IMG/VR virus record: IMGVR_UViG_3300023184_000131
Coordinates: 1-61,015 of that record
From: a virus
Taxonomy: Duplodnaviria > Caudoviricetes
Strand: one strand, 5' to 3'
DNA: 61,015 nt
Part shown: positions 28,381 through 39,911 of the stretch, in pieces
Layout: every line of letters begins with the position of its first letter
Numbering within the stretch: the first letter of the stretch is position 1
The notes under the pieces: generated by a model
Databases searched by the model: none
The model's input: only the letters and a program-made list of their open reading frames with translations
What the model was told of the DNA's origin: nothing
Made by a program: the position numbers and the translations under genes

Positions 28381-31300
28381 TGTCTTTAAAAGATTTATTT
28401 GGTAAAAAATCAACAAAAATTTTAACTTCTACTAATTTTGAAGATTTGTCAAAAGATGTAGAGTCAAGCGAATATATCGTTCAAGAGCTTGAAGAGCGAA
28501 AATTAATAAAGCCAGACATTGATTACACAGATCCTAAAAATTTTGCATTTTTCGGTTCGGCAAACAAATACTATACAGATTCTATTGAATCAATAACAAA
28601 AAAATATCCATACGACGGAAGTTCAGCCGAAAAATTAAAATGGACTAAAACTTCTTCTGATTTGCAAAATTATATTTTTGAGAATGAGTATCCAAGAAAT
28701 AATGGTTATGTAAGTCTTGGTCTTGTTTATGGTTCAACCTCTTCTATTTCAACTGACGATTATTCAAATCCAATAAATAAAGAATATATCTCCATAAAAG
28801 GTGGTCCAAATACGGCACCAAATATGGATACGTTCAAGGTTTCCAATCTATTTGGAACCTCAAATATTCTAGAACCTCTTGAAAACAGAGAAAGTAATCT
28901 ACTCTTAGATGGTAATACAGGAGCCACAATTGAATTTTGGTTGAAGAAAAACGATCTTAATGGAAGTAGTAAACAGGTAATTTTTGATCTTTGGAATAGC
29001 AGCAGTTTTGGTACTGATTATGGAAGATTTAGAGTTGAAATACATCCTGGATTAGTTGGAGAAGAAAACAAATTCTTTGTTGAGTTATCTTCTGGTTCAA
29101 GTGGTATCTCAAATTTTTCAATTGGGCAAAATCTAAGCATCAGTAGTGGAAGTTGGCAGCATTATTCCTTGTCAGCAATTAACAGCGGCAGTAATATAGA
29201 ATTTAAACTTTTTCTAAATGGTACATTAAATGAAAAAGTAATAACCGGTAGCACAATATCAAGAGTTTATGGTCCTATGCTCGGTTGGATTGGTAGTCTT
29301 GGAACCCAAGTTAGTGGCGGAAATGCAGATTTGGGATACGGAAAATTATCTGGCTCTTTAGATGAATTTAGATATTGGAAGTGTAAAAGAGCAGAAAGAG
29401 AAATTTCTCGTTTTTGGTTTACCGATGTTAACGGTGGAACAAACACAGATACTGCGAATACCAATCTTGGTGTATATTATAAATTTAATGAAGGCATCTA
29501 TAGCTTAACATCTACAGATACAAAATATGATAATAAGATTTTAGATTATTCTGGTAGATTTTCTAATGGATATTGGACTGGATATGTATCTGGTAGTCGC
29601 TCCACGAATTCAGCAATAGTTGAATCTAACGCCGCCAACACCGAGGTCAAAGATCCAGTAATATACTTAACTCATCCGGATGTTCAATCTTTGTTGATAG
29701 AAAAGCAGGAAATCGGAACGCTTCACGATAATAATAACAGTTCTATGATTTACTATACTATTCCCGCTTGGATAATAGAAGGTGATCAAGAAAATGATAG
29801 CAATAAATTATATGAACTTACACAGATAATTGGCTCTTATTTTGATGAATTGTTTATCAAGATAAAGTATCTTCCTTCAATAAAAGAAGTGTCATATAAG
29901 AATGGAAGAGCATTTCCTTATGCTATGAAGCTTCTTGAATCTATGGGATTCATGACTCAAGATTTGTTTACTAATTCAAGCATATTAGAAAATTTAGGCA
30001 ATAGAAATGAAAATGTTTTATATGAAGAACGATTATTTAATATAAAAAATCACATATATCAAAACATTTATAATAACTTATCATATATTCAAAAATCAAA
30101 GGGAACAGAAAAATCAATAAGAAATCTACTAAGATGCTTTGGTGTTGATGAAGAGTTAATAAAACTTAACATATATTCAAACGATTCTGTTTATACTTTT
30201 GATGACAGATTTTTAAACACATATTATAAGAAAAAACTTATAAACTTTAACGATCAAGACAGAGTTCAAGGCACAATTTATCAAATGACTTCAAGTCTAG
30301 ATTCAAATTCTAGATCTTTTATAGCAGGAGACCCAGAACTTGCTTATCACGGTTCTACATTAGAAGCTGAAATTGTTATACCATTAACCTTTTCTCAATC
30401 TGAGAAGTTTTACTTTCCAAAAAACTTCTTAACTTGTTCTGTTTTAGGAATTCACTCCGCAAATACACTCGCTCCAGGTGATACAACTTGGTTTGGTTCA
30501 GACCTGTCAAATTTAGAAGTCTATATCGTCAAGCCAGATAAAGATTCAAGTGATGGATATTTTCAAGTAACTTCATCTTATCTTGGAATAAATCTAACAT
30601 CTTCGTTCACAAGAGATTTGTACACAAATCAAAAATGGAATATAGCAATTAAGTTAAGACATGAAAAATATCCAAATAGCTTAAAAGTTATTGGTGCAGA
30701 TGTTGGAGATTATCTTTTTGAATTTTATGCGATAAATACAGTTCAAGATTTCATACAAGATGAAATATATTTAACCGCTTCTATTCCTCAAGCAACAGCA
30801 GAAAATTATTTTGCAGATTCCAAGAGAATATATGCTGGTTCACACAGACAAAACTTTACAGGATCATTAATACACAATAGCGATATAAAACTTTCAAGTG
30901 TTAGATATTGGCTTTCTTATCTTGATAATAGCCTTATACAACAACATGCAAAAGACCCAACAATATTTGGTCAAAACTCTCCTATATCAAATATTGAAAC
31001 TTTGTATAGTGGAGGTCTCAACGAGTTGCCACAACAGAAAACTCTTGCTTTACATTGGGACTTTAATCTAGTAACAGGTTCCGATAATGGTTCCGGAGTT
31101 GGCCCTACAAATTCATTTGATGCAAAATTCACAGTTTTAGATATAACCAGTGGTTCTCTGACGAATGAATATGGAACAATAGGACAGATAACAAATAAAA
31201 CATATAATGCTGTTGGTGATTTCTTTTTTCGCAATAATAGTGACATGGTTGAAAATGGCTATGTCAGTATTGCAAAACACAGACTACCAGAAAATATGAT

Positions 31301-32066
31301 GGATTCTGATTTGATTAGTATCTTAAATCAAGATAACGAAATATTCACAAGAGACTCAAGGCCAGTAAATTATCATTTTGCTCTAGAAAAAAGTATGTAT
31401 CAAACAATTTCCGAAGAAATGATAAGATTCTTTGGAACAATAACAGAATTTAATAATATAATTGGTAAACCGCAATACAGATATGAAAGAGAATATCGCG
31501 AATTAGTAAAACTAAGAGAAATGTTCTTCCAGGGAGTTTCAAATTCTCCTGATTTAGAAAAATATGTTGATTATTTTAAATGGATAGACAGTGCCGTCAC
31601 AAAAATGACGTATCAACTGATTCCAGCAAGTGCGGATTTCTCGCCAGATATTTCTGACGTCGTTGAAAGTCACATTTTTGAAAGAAACAAATATGCTTGG
31701 AAATTACCCTCAATAGAACTTGGCGCAGAACCACCAATAAGTTCTGTCAAGACAATTGGCGAATTAAAATATAATTGGAAATATGGACATGCGCCAATTC
31801 CATTAGTTGAAAATACAAATTGTATTTGGTGGAAAGAAAGAAAAGAAAGAGAAAGTAGCCTAAATGGAATCTTTCAAGTATTATCAACAGAGTATAAAAA
31901 GAAGTTTACAAGAATGGCAGACTTTGGTACAGATATACAGATATATGTAAATAAAAACCCAAGTAACATAGAAGTTATAAAACCTATAACAAAAATTGGT
32001 TCGGGCGGATATTTAGAGATTGATGTACTCAAAGTTATTGAGAAAAAAGACTGTTCAGACAAATAG
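28380..32066 (+). CDS. LamG/concanavalin-like domain structural protein
   Basis: TIEFWLK, WQHY, LFLNG, SGSLDEFRYW; KSKGTEKSIRNLLRCFG baseplate-type motif. Confidence 0.7.
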   Translation: MSLKDLFGKKSTKILTSTNFEDLSKDVESSEYIVQELEERKLIKPDIDYTDPKNFAFFGSANKYYTDSIESITKKYPYDGSSAEKLKWTKTSSDLQNYIFENEYPRNNGYVSLGLVYGSTSSISTDDYSNPINKEYISIKGGPNTAPNMDTFKVSNLFGTSNILEPLENRESNLLLDGNTGATIEFWLKKNDLNGSSKQVIFDLWNSSSFGTDYGRFRVEIHPGLVGEENKFFVELSSGSSGISNFSIGQNLSISSGSWQHYSLSAINSGSNIEFKLFLNGTLNEKVITGSTISRVYGPMLGWIGSLGTQVSGGNADLGYGKLSGSLDEFRYWKCKRAEREISRFWFTDVNGGTNTDTANTNLGVYYKFNEGIYSLTSTDTKYDNKILDYSGRFSNGYWTGYVSGSRSTNSAIVESNAANTEVKDPVIYLTHPDVQSLLIEKQEIGTLHDNNNSSMIYYTIPAWIIEGDQENDSNKLYELTQIIGSYFDELFIKIKYLPSIKEVSYKNGRAFPYAMKLLESMGFMTQDLFTNSSILENLGNRNENVLYEERLFNIKNHIYQNIYNNLSYIQKSKGTEKSIRNLLRCFGVDEELIKLNIYSNDSVYTFDDRFLNTYYKKKLINFNDQDRVQGTIYQMTSSLDSNSRSFIAGDPELAYHGSTLEAEIVIPLTFSQSEKFYFPKNFLTCSVLGIHSANTLAPGDTTWFGSDLSNLEVYIVKPDKDSSDGYFQVTSSYLGINLTSSFTRDLYTNQKWNIAIKLRHEKYPNSLKVIGADVGDYLFEFYAINTVQDFIQDEIYLTASIPQATAENYFADSKRIYAGSHRQNFTGSLIHNSDIKLSSVRYWLSYLDNSLIQQHAKDPTIFGQNSPISNIETLYSGGLNELPQQKTLALHWDFNLVTGSDNGSGVGPTNSFDAKFTVLDITSGSLTNEYGTIGQITNKTYNAVGDFFFRNNSDMVENGYVSIAKHRLPENMMDSDLISILNQDNEIFTRDSRPVNYHFALEKSMYQTISEEMIRFFGTITEFNNIIGKPQYRYEREYRELVKLREMFFQGVSNSPDLEKYVDYFKWIDSAVTKMTYQLIPASADFSPDISDVVESHIFERNKYAWKLPSIELGAEPPISSVKTIGELKYNWKYGHAPIPLVENTNCIWWKERKERESSLNGIFQVLSTEYKKKFTRMADFGTDIQIYVNKNPSNIEVIKPITKIGSGGYLEIDVLKVIEKKDCSDK

Positions 32067-32079
32067 GCTAGGGAAAACA

Positions 32080-35000
32080 ATGACAGATATTAACACAAGA
32101 GGTAAACTACCGTTTACTATTGTAAGTTCTTCAGTGAATACTGGATACGCCACACAATTAACTTCTAGTGTTGGATATAACATTGATATAGTGAATCACC
32201 ATAAAGATGAATATGGTGGCATAGAAAATTCTCCATTACAAGGTCCGTTTACCGCACAACACGTCGGTGGCAACCAGAATCGCCATGTTAAACTAAACGA
32301 AGGTTCTGATGATTCTGACAGCAGACCAGAGGCATATATTATATCTGCTTCAGCTGGCTCAGTTAAAGTGTATGGACCAGATGTTAACGGCATACATAAG
32401 CCAAGAAGTCTTTTAACAAGAGATACCACCGCAAAATCTCCTGTAAATATAAAAAATATACAAACAAGCGGAAATATCGCTGGTAATTTTGAACACAATT
32501 ATCAAGTTGTTCAAACATCCGGTAGAAATATAAACCAAAGTTTAATACAAAACAATTTAACTGCTTCTGGCGTTTTGACAAGTAAATTTGTTACAATACC
32601 TGCGTATTACTCTTCTAGTTTAAAGGCTTACATCACCTCAAGTGGTGACGGTAATCCGGCTGGCGATGCTTTTGGTTCTGTAATTAATATTAGCGGTGAT
32701 TCAAATACATTATTGGCGTCATCACCAAACTCAGATATTCCGAGTAGTAGTGCAGGTGCCATTTCTGTTTTTAGAAAAAATATTAATTCTGAATGGGTTC
32801 AAGAAGCATTTCTAACATCAAGCGGTGATGGTAATCCAACATCAGATAATCTGGGAAGAGCTATTGCAATAAATTACGATGGAACAATAATTGCTGCATC
32901 GTATAATGGCGATACTCCAGTAGTCTCTGCCGGTGCAATTGCTGTATACAGAAGTAGTTCACTTGGTTGGACACAAGAAGCAACTCTGTTATCTGGTATA
33001 GCAGCTAATATTGGATTCGGTGGTAGATTAGATATAAATGAAAATGGAGATGTAATAGCCGTCGGAGCTACGACACATAACGTTCCTTCTACTTCTGCTG
33101 GTGGAGTTTTTATTTACAATAGTTCTTCTGTTGGAGGATGGGCATTACAGCAAATTCTTACATCCAGTACCGGTATTCTTGCTAGACAACTTGGTGCAGA
33201 TGTAAAAATTAACTTTGATGGCACTAAAATAGCTGCCGGTGGCAGATTTCAAAATTGTGTTATAATGTTTGAAAGTGGCTCTTTTGGTTGGCAAGAAACA
33301 GCATATATTACAGGAAGCTCAAGCGATCTTCAATTTATGGGATTACAGATCTCATTGAATAAGGCATTCAATACAATGATAGCCGGTGCTTATATTTCTG
33401 CTATTAATGGAAATTTTGATGGTCAAGGAAGTGCTGTAATATTTGCTAGTTCTTCGATAGACGGATGGAAAGAAGAAAAAATTCTGTTACCGCCAGAACC
33501 AGGAACAGATTTTAACTTTGGTTCTTCTGTTGCCATAGATCAGCAAGGAAATTCAATTTTTGTAGCCTCACAAGGTTATATCAATTCTGTTTCACAGACT
33601 ACTGGCGCTGTTTATATATATGATAATTTGTATGGTGAGTGGTTAAATAAATCAACAATAACTTCTGATACTAATTTTTTTGCTAACGGTCTTGTTTCTT
33701 CAATAAAAGTATCAGAAAATGGAAGTAAATTTTATATAAACTGTGTTAGTAGCTCGGTTGTAGAGTTCGACAGATTTTTTATCGAACAAAACATTCCGTA
33801 CACTCTTCCGGAACAACCAAATAATAAAACAGTATTTGTACAAAGATTTAACGCCCCGGGCGGCAAAGAAGTCAGCTCAAGAGGGGCGCTTGACCGAGAA
33901 GGTGAAGAATGTGCACCAAACAATTCTCTTATAACAAGAAATATTGGAGTTAGACAGCCATATTATAATAAACTAACTCAACATGCAGCACAGTTTAATT
34001 CTGGTAGTACTTATAAATTATTACCAGACACCGGATCCGTTAATGCTGTAACGATTCATGGTATCAATAGAAATACACTACAAAAAGTTTTTATAACTGG
34101 TACTTCTTATTTTACTGGCTCCAAGCACGATAACTTTTGGGTTCAACATGCAATTCCAAGAACAGATTTAAGATATAAATGGATTGCAGATTCTGTAAGT
34201 TCAAGTCAGCAACCTATAGAATATCAGAGTTATAATCTTCCATATTCCATCTCTAACTCTTATAATTCTAACGGTGCTTTTACTGATTTAGAATTTCAAC
34301 AAAAGGGTCCATTTGGGGATCATTTAGGTATAAGTGGCGCTATAGATAAAGACGAAATGCACGTTAGCACCTATACAAATACGATGTATAGGGATAGAAA
34401 ATATTTATTTTTTACATCAAGTAATGATTGTTATGTAGACGCTTCAAGTATATCATCTGAAATATCTGAAAGAGATTTTTCTATTTCATTTTGGGTAAAT
34501 TTTCCAAATAGTGCAAGCAACGGAGAAAAAACATTATTAGTTTATTCTGGTTCTTCAACACAAAATGAACTTGTAATGAATGTTAGTTCTTCTTTGTGTG
34601 GTCTGACTATTTCCGGCTCTCAATTAACAACAGAATATCAGCTTAGTTCAAGTTTGCTAGATAGCTCTTGGCACTTAGTGACCTTAACAAGTGATGTTAC
34701 AACAACAAGAAGAAGAATAACAACATTTGTGGGAGACGTCATCCAGACGACAACATACCCAACAGTTACAAAAGTTTATTTGGACGGTGGATTGGTTAGT
34801 AAAGCCACCCAGCAAAACAAGATATTCAATCTTTCTCGTATAACACTTTCAGTTGGCCGAGGCTCTGAATTGCAAGGCGGAAGATTGGATGAAGTATATT
34901 TCTGGAACCGGGCTCTAACAGAACAAGAAATAGTAGAAATATATAGGACAACAAAGACTGATTACAATAAACAGCCAAAGAAATATGTTCAGCATAAGCT

Positions 35001-38000
35001 GGATAATAGCAATATACCGGTCCCAACACATGTATATTCATCTGATGTAGAAAAAAACACTCTATTGGATCTTGCTGGAAGTAGAAATCTACCACTTGTA
35101 AACTTTACTTCTTCTGTAAATATCCGTCCACAAGACACAGGAATAATAAGCTATTCTACGTATTTTAACGGCCCATACCAAGGAGCAAGCTGGAAGAGTA
35201 TAAGAAATGCTGAACATCCTGTAACAAGAAAATTAACAACAGAAAACACAAATATAATCTCTACTCTTATTGAACCAAATAATTCAGGTTATACAGGTTC
35301 AATATCACAACTAGTTGTAACAGGAATGGGAGTAGTTGAAAGAATTGTTGTTAATTCAAGAAAAAATGGCACAATTTTAAATGTTAAAGAAAGTCCTGTT
35401 TATACAAACAACAAGCCATTAAAACATAAATTTATATTAAAAGATTCTCAAAATATAAATGCTGGTTTTGAATTAACTCATACATATGCAAATAATTTAC
35501 AGTATTTTGCAAGTAACCAATTAAATCTAACACTGGGATTAGATAAAAAAGAACGACAAATATACGATAGCTTGTTAGAATATTACAATGGTTCTGTAGA
35601 AGAAAATGAAAATCCAATAGATAAGCTTGTTGGATACACTTATAGTGAAACAATATTTCCAAAACCAGGTCAGGCATTACTAAAAGATGTTCGTCAAAGA
35701 ACAGATTATATAACCGATCAACCTGGCTATAGTGTTGATGGTTATGATCGTCAACTTGGAACTCAACGATCTTTTTGGAGAGATAGCCAAGAAGATCGCA
35801 TGAGAACAAGAAGAACTTATATTACTTCTCTTGGTGATCAAGTTGAATCTGTTTATGATTTGCCATTTCAAACACCAAGTATTGCTGCTCTTGAATATAT
35901 CAGTGAAGGTAATAGTTTAGAATATATTAAGTTTGCAACTTTCCCGACGATGGAGTCGTACATAGATTTATCTTATAAAAAATCTGCAGAGCTAAATAAC
36001 CAGATGATTTTTATTTATTCTTTCTTCGACCTCGGAATTGGCGGGTCTTATACGAACATAATTCAACCGGTAAATCAGTTAACTGAACTATATTTTTTTA
36101 AAAATATTTCTACTACTACAAGAGATGATTACAACGTTATTTTAAGTTCTGGACTTTATCCACTACAGAAAACATCAGATCCTTCGTCTCTCAGATTGTC
36201 TCCAAACCTGATTTATCAACACGCATGTATTATATTTACGTCTGCAGAACTGGACTCCAGTACAGTATATAACAACATGACACATGATCTTGGTTTAAAT
36301 AGATTTACAGAAAAAATATCTGGTAAAAATCCGTGGTATAATTCATATGAAGATTATTATGTTGATATAAAGACATTATCAAATGATAACTTGATAAGTT
36401 ATTCTAAAATACCGGAGTTTAAGATATCAGATCAAATATCTCAATTTGTCACAGAATACAGTGGAGATGCAACAAAAATAACGTTACAAGAATATCTTAA
36501 CGATCTCCGATTTAATTATAAAACCAATATTGATAGAGATAATAATGAATTTTGTGAGGAAGATACAATCAAGATAGTTGTTGATGGAGTAAAGAAACTT
36601 CTTCCTTATAATGGCTTTTATCCACAAGATCGCAGTTTGCAGCTTGTAAATTACTTAAAACAATCTTATTTAGACACCAATGCAATTGGCGGCGGTATAT
36701 TTTTATCGTCCTCTCTCTCTCCGGGTGAACTTATATTGAGAGAAGAAAGCGACAAACTAGTCCAGTATATGAAAGAAAGTGCGTTTTTAGAGCCACTATA
36801 CTCTCCTGGCATATTTTATAATTTAATAAAATCTGGTATCGCAGTTGACTGGGGCATATATACTGGGAGTATACCAGCGGGTAGTTTACTTATACCTCTT
36901 TTAGAAAAGCCTCAATTTAAAATAACATTTGAATCTCTTTTAAATCTACAAAATATACCTTTATCATCTTCTTTGGAAACAAAAGATAATAGAATGATGA
37001 AGCATAAAGAACTAAATCAACAATTCAATGCCTCCGAATACGGAGTGGGCACGGACACCACATTTCAGGGATTTTTTGAAAAACTTAGTGAAGGCTCCCC
37101 GGTTTACACGCTCAGTATAAATAATTTCCTAGCAGAAACTATAAACTTTTTTCTAAAAGATTCAACTCTAAATACGTTCATATCAAAACCAGATTCCGAC
37201 TTTCTTTCTTTTGATAGCAATAAAACATATTATATGGATGTTGTTTTAAGAAAAAATAATATTGTTATGTGCGAAGCGCACTCTTCATCACTTGCTGATA
37301 ATTTTGGTCGAATGAGTGGAAGATACTTTGGTCCTTCATTTTGGACCGGTTCTGTAGCAGACGCAGAAAGAATAGAAAACTCAATAATACTCGCCGAGAC
37401 CCTAAGAGATCCAGGATATTGTGCATATACTCCTCCATATTTTTATGGCGATTCAATAGCAAGAATGTCATTTAAGCCAACAATATCTGGCAAATATACT
37501 CTTGGTGAAATATTTCAAGAGATGGAAACTGAATTTATCAATACAGGGTTCCTAGACGACAGCACATACACCTCAGGTAGTTTATATTCTTCATTCGTAA
37601 TGCCTCTTAATTCATCCATAAAATTAGATGGACGGATAGAAGAGAGACAGCAATCTGTTCAACTTGAAACATTATCTAGAAACTTTTCTAATCTTGTGAC
37701 AAATAATCTTACAAACCTTGCTGGCACAGCGACAAATACAACAGATATATATAGATGGGTTATTTCTCCAAAAATGGAAACACCTATTATTGATTTTTCA
37801 AATCAAGAGTTTGTAACTTCTACAACTATTTTGACGCAATCAAATGTTGATATAGAGTTGTCAAATAATTCTCCGTCTCTTGGTGGTTACGTTCACACTC
37901 CTCCTACTGCTAGCGGATTTGGAAGAGGTATGTGGAGTGGTTATGGCGAAATACCAGAAGGAGATAAAGGTATATTTCTTGAACTAAAAGAAAGTTATCC

Positions 38001-38859
38001 AAGACAACTTTCGCAAGTATATAATTCAATAACACAATTGTTTGAGACGACAACCAACACTGCTTCTTTATTGCAAGCATGTGGTTTCCAGCAAAACAAC
38101 AGTGAACTCTCAAAAAAAATTGGAGAAATTGCTGATTCAAGAGATATTTCAGAAGCATTAATTATAATCCCCTATTTAACAGGGAAATCAAATGGTAAAA
38201 CCATATCATTTGGTGGAGAATTTTCTACCCTAATCGTAAATGATACGGTTCAAGTAGAAGGTCATAGTTTTATAAAAATTAATCAACAGATATTCAACCA
38301 TCAAAAGACAAATTTATTTGCCAATAAACCAGCAGTAAGTTTGCAAGATTTTTCACTAGGTGTCGGTAACATACAAGAAACAAGTATCAGTAGAATGACT
38401 GCTTTGATGTCCAAGTATGTACTTCCGCCAAACTTTGATTTTTTGATAAACGAAAGTATCTCTCCATTCGTTATGTATATTGCTGAGTTTACAAGTAATC
38501 TTGACAAGCAAGATCTTGCTGATGTGTGGCAAGGTGTAATGCCAAAAATAGCAATGCGCGCAGAGAGAGAAAAACAAATTATTTCTCACAAGAATACACA
38601 GTTTGATTTTTTCCATGGCCAAGGATTACCAAAAGATGTGAAATTCATGATCTTTAAAGCCAAGAAGAGAGCAGAAATAAATTACTATAAGATGACCTCT
38701 GATGCAAGTGATGACGGATTGTTTCCATCCATTCAAACTGGTAGACCACCATCACCATATAGTTTCAATTGGCCTTATGATTATTGTTCTCTTGTTGAGA
38801 CAGCAACAGTTAATGTTGAAATTGAATACATGAACAATTCAGGGAGCAATACTCAATGA
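32080..38859 (+). CDS. Giant virion protein with FG-GAP beta-propeller and LamG domain
   Basis: Repeated FG..V.I..DG..I.VGA...GAV.I units at about 32630-33780; FSISFW, WHLVT, VYLDG, LDEVYFWNRALT; likely start ATG 32080. Confidence 0.7.
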   Translation: MTDINTRGKLPFTIVSSSVNTGYATQLTSSVGYNIDIVNHHKDEYGGIENSPLQGPFTAQHVGGNQNRHVKLNEGSDDSDSRPEAYIISASAGSVKVYGPDVNGIHKPRSLLTRDTTAKSPVNIKNIQTSGNIAGNFEHNYQVVQTSGRNINQSLIQNNLTASGVLTSKFVTIPAYYSSSLKAYITSSGDGNPAGDAFGSVINISGDSNTLLASSPNSDIPSSSAGAISVFRKNINSEWVQEAFLTSSGDGNPTSDNLGRAIAINYDGTIIAASYNGDTPVVSAGAIAVYRSSSLGWTQEATLLSGIAANIGFGGRLDINENGDVIAVGATTHNVPSTSAGGVFIYNSSSVGGWALQQILTSSTGILARQLGADVKINFDGTKIAAGGRFQNCVIMFESGSFGWQETAYITGSSSDLQFMGLQISLNKAFNTMIAGAYISAINGNFDGQGSAVIFASSSIDGWKEEKILLPPEPGTDFNFGSSVAIDQQGNSIFVASQGYINSVSQTTGAVYIYDNLYGEWLNKSTITSDTNFFANGLVSSIKVSENGSKFYINCVSSSVVEFDRFFIEQNIPYTLPEQPNNKTVFVQRFNAPGGKEVSSRGALDREGEECAPNNSLITRNIGVRQPYYNKLTQHAAQFNSGSTYKLLPDTGSVNAVTIHGINRNTLQKVFITGTSYFTGSKHDNFWVQHAIPRTDLRYKWIADSVSSSQQPIEYQSYNLPYSISNSYNSNGAFTDLEFQQKGPFGDHLGISGAIDKDEMHVSTYTNTMYRDRKYLFFTSSNDCYVDASSISSEISERDFSISFWVNFPNSASNGEKTLLVYSGSSTQNELVMNVSSSLCGLTISGSQLTTEYQLSSSLLDSSWHLVTLTSDVTTTRRRITTFVGDVIQTTTYPTVTKVYLDGGLVSKATQQNKIFNLSRITLSVGRGSELQGGRLDEVYFWNRALTEQEIVEIYRTTKTDYNKQPKKYVQHKLDNSNIPVPTHVYSSDVEKNTLLDLAGSRNLPLVNFTSSVNIRPQDTGIISYSTYFNGPYQGASWKSIRNAEHPVTRKLTTENTNIISTLIEPNNSGYTGSISQLVVTGMGVVERIVVNSRKNGTILNVKESPVYTNNKPLKHKFILKDSQNINAGFELTHTYANNLQYFASNQLNLTLGLDKKERQIYDSLLEYYNGSVEENENPIDKLVGYTYSETIFPKPGQALLKDVRQRTDYITDQPGYSVDGYDRQLGTQRSFWRDSQEDRMRTRRTYITSLGDQVESVYDLPFQTPSIAALEYISEGNSLEYIKFATFPTMESYIDLSYKKSAELNNQMIFIYSFFDLGIGGSYTNIIQPVNQLTELYFFKNISTTTRDDYNVILSSGLYPLQKTSDPSSLRLSPNLIYQHACIIFTSAELDSSTVYNNMTHDLGLNRFTEKISGKNPWYNSYEDYYVDIKTLSNDNLISYSKIPEFKISDQISQFVTEYSGDATKITLQEYLNDLRFNYKTNIDRDNNEFCEEDTIKIVVDGVKKLLPYNGFYPQDRSLQLVNYLKQSYLDTNAIGGGIFLSSSLSPGELILREESDKLVQYMKESAFLEPLYSPGIFYNLIKSGIAVDWGIYTGSIPAGSLLIPLLEKPQFKITFESLLNLQNIPLSSSLETKDNRMMKHKELNQQFNASEYGVGTDTTFQGFFEKLSEGSPVYTLSINNFLAETINFFLKDSTLNTFISKPDSDFLSFDSNKTYYMDVVLRKNNIVMCEAHSSSLADNFGRMSGRYFGPSFWTGSVADAERIENSIILAETLRDPGYCAYTPPYFYGDSIARMSFKPTISGKYTLGEIFQEMETEFINTGFLDDSTYTSGSLYSSFVMPLNSSIKLDGRIEERQQSVQLETLSRNFSNLVTNNLTNLAGTATNTTDIYRWVISPKMETPIIDFSNQEFVTSTTILTQSNVDIELSNNSPSLGGYVHTPPTASGFGRGMWSGYGEIPEGDKGIFLELKESYPRQLSQVYNSITQLFETTTNTASLLQACGFQQNNSELSKKIGEIADSRDISEALIIIPYLTGKSNGKTISFGGEFSTLIVNDTVQVEGHSFIKINQQIFNHQKTNLFANKPAVSLQDFSLGVGNIQETSISRMTALMSKYVLPPNFDFLINESISPFVMYIAEFTSNLDKQDLADVWQGVMPKIAMRAEREKQIISHKNTQFDFFHGQGLPKDVKFMIFKAKKRAEINYYKMTSDASDDGLFPSIQTGRPPSPYSFNWPYDYCSLVETATVNVEIEYMNNSGSNTQ

Positions 38860-39899
38860 CCTTTTTTAATCAGAAAGAAGAAGTTATACAAATTGAATTA
38901 ACTCAATTCGGCAAGCACTTGCTTTCAATGGGAAAATTAAAGCCAGCATACTATGCATTTTTTGATGACGACGTAATATATGATGCAAGATATGCCGGTG
39001 TAGATGAAAACAATGGAACTGCAGTTGAAAGAATAAAATCAATTCCAAGACCAAAAGTTCAATACGTTTTCACAGGTATTGAAGAGCAGGTAAAGAAAAA
39101 TTTAGAATTAATCAAATCAGGCAAACAAACATTAGATTCACTTAATCTACTTCCAACAGCTGATAAACATTATGTTTTAAATAATAGAATTGGAACTTCT
39201 TTTCTTGGAGATAACAAAATAGCATCTTTGAGTGTTACTATGTTAAATGGTGAGATCCAATCAACTACTTTATTACAAACAGGTTCATTAGATACAAAAC
39301 CCTTAATAAAAACTCCTCTGCTGCAATTAAAAGACGCAGACTACATTCTGTCTAGTAAAAGAGTGGGAAGCAATTCTGAGTCACCTGAAGGCGTTGTATA
39401 CCTATCAACATACCACGATGGAACAGCTGTTGCTTTGGAAGAAGATTATTTTTTAATTGAAATTACAGAAAAAAATGTTGAAAATGAAATGAAAAATTTT
39501 GACATAGAAATGTTTATATGTGAACAAAATGAATCTACTGGAGAAGAAAGTTATATTCCATTACATTTTGATCAAAAGTTTGAAGATTACAAGAATGGAA
39601 TCTTACTAGATCCACAGTCAACAGATATAGAGTCTGATTCTTTTGTATTGCAGCAAAAGAATAGTGATCAATTTAGAGCTGAAAATTTCTTTAATATATT
39701 AATTGATAATGAAATAGAAAAAAATCTTATTTGCCAATTAATTAGTAATATGAAAGATGGCAACACATTATACGATCCAATGTATGATTGTGCAGAATAT
39801 GATGAGCAATTAGCAGAACAACAACGTCGTATGAATCAAGTGTCTTCTGCTGACTTATATTTATCATCTTATAATGAAGACGATGTTAAAAAGTGTTAA
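38856..39899 (+). CDS. Virion structural protein (N-terminus paralogous to 46424 protein)
   Basis: LTQFGKHLLS...YAFFDDDVIYD compared with LTDTGRYRLA...FALGDDEINY. Confidence 0.6.
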   Translation: MTFFNQKEEVIQIELTQFGKHLLSMGKLKPAYYAFFDDDVIYDARYAGVDENNGTAVERIKSIPRPKVQYVFTGIEEQVKKNLELIKSGKQTLDSLNLLPTADKHYVLNNRIGTSFLGDNKIASLSVTMLNGEIQSTTLLQTGSLDTKPLIKTPLLQLKDADYILSSKRVGSNSESPEGVVYLSTYHDGTAVALEEDYFLIEITEKNVENEMKNFDIEMFICEQNESTGEESYIPLHFDQKFEDYKNGILLDPQSTDIESDSFVLQQKNSDQFRAENFFNILIDNEIEKNLICQLISNMKDGNTLYDPMYDCAEYDEQLAEQQRRMNQVSSADLYLSSYNEDDVKKC

Positions 39900-39911
39900 T
39901 GAGGTATAAAA

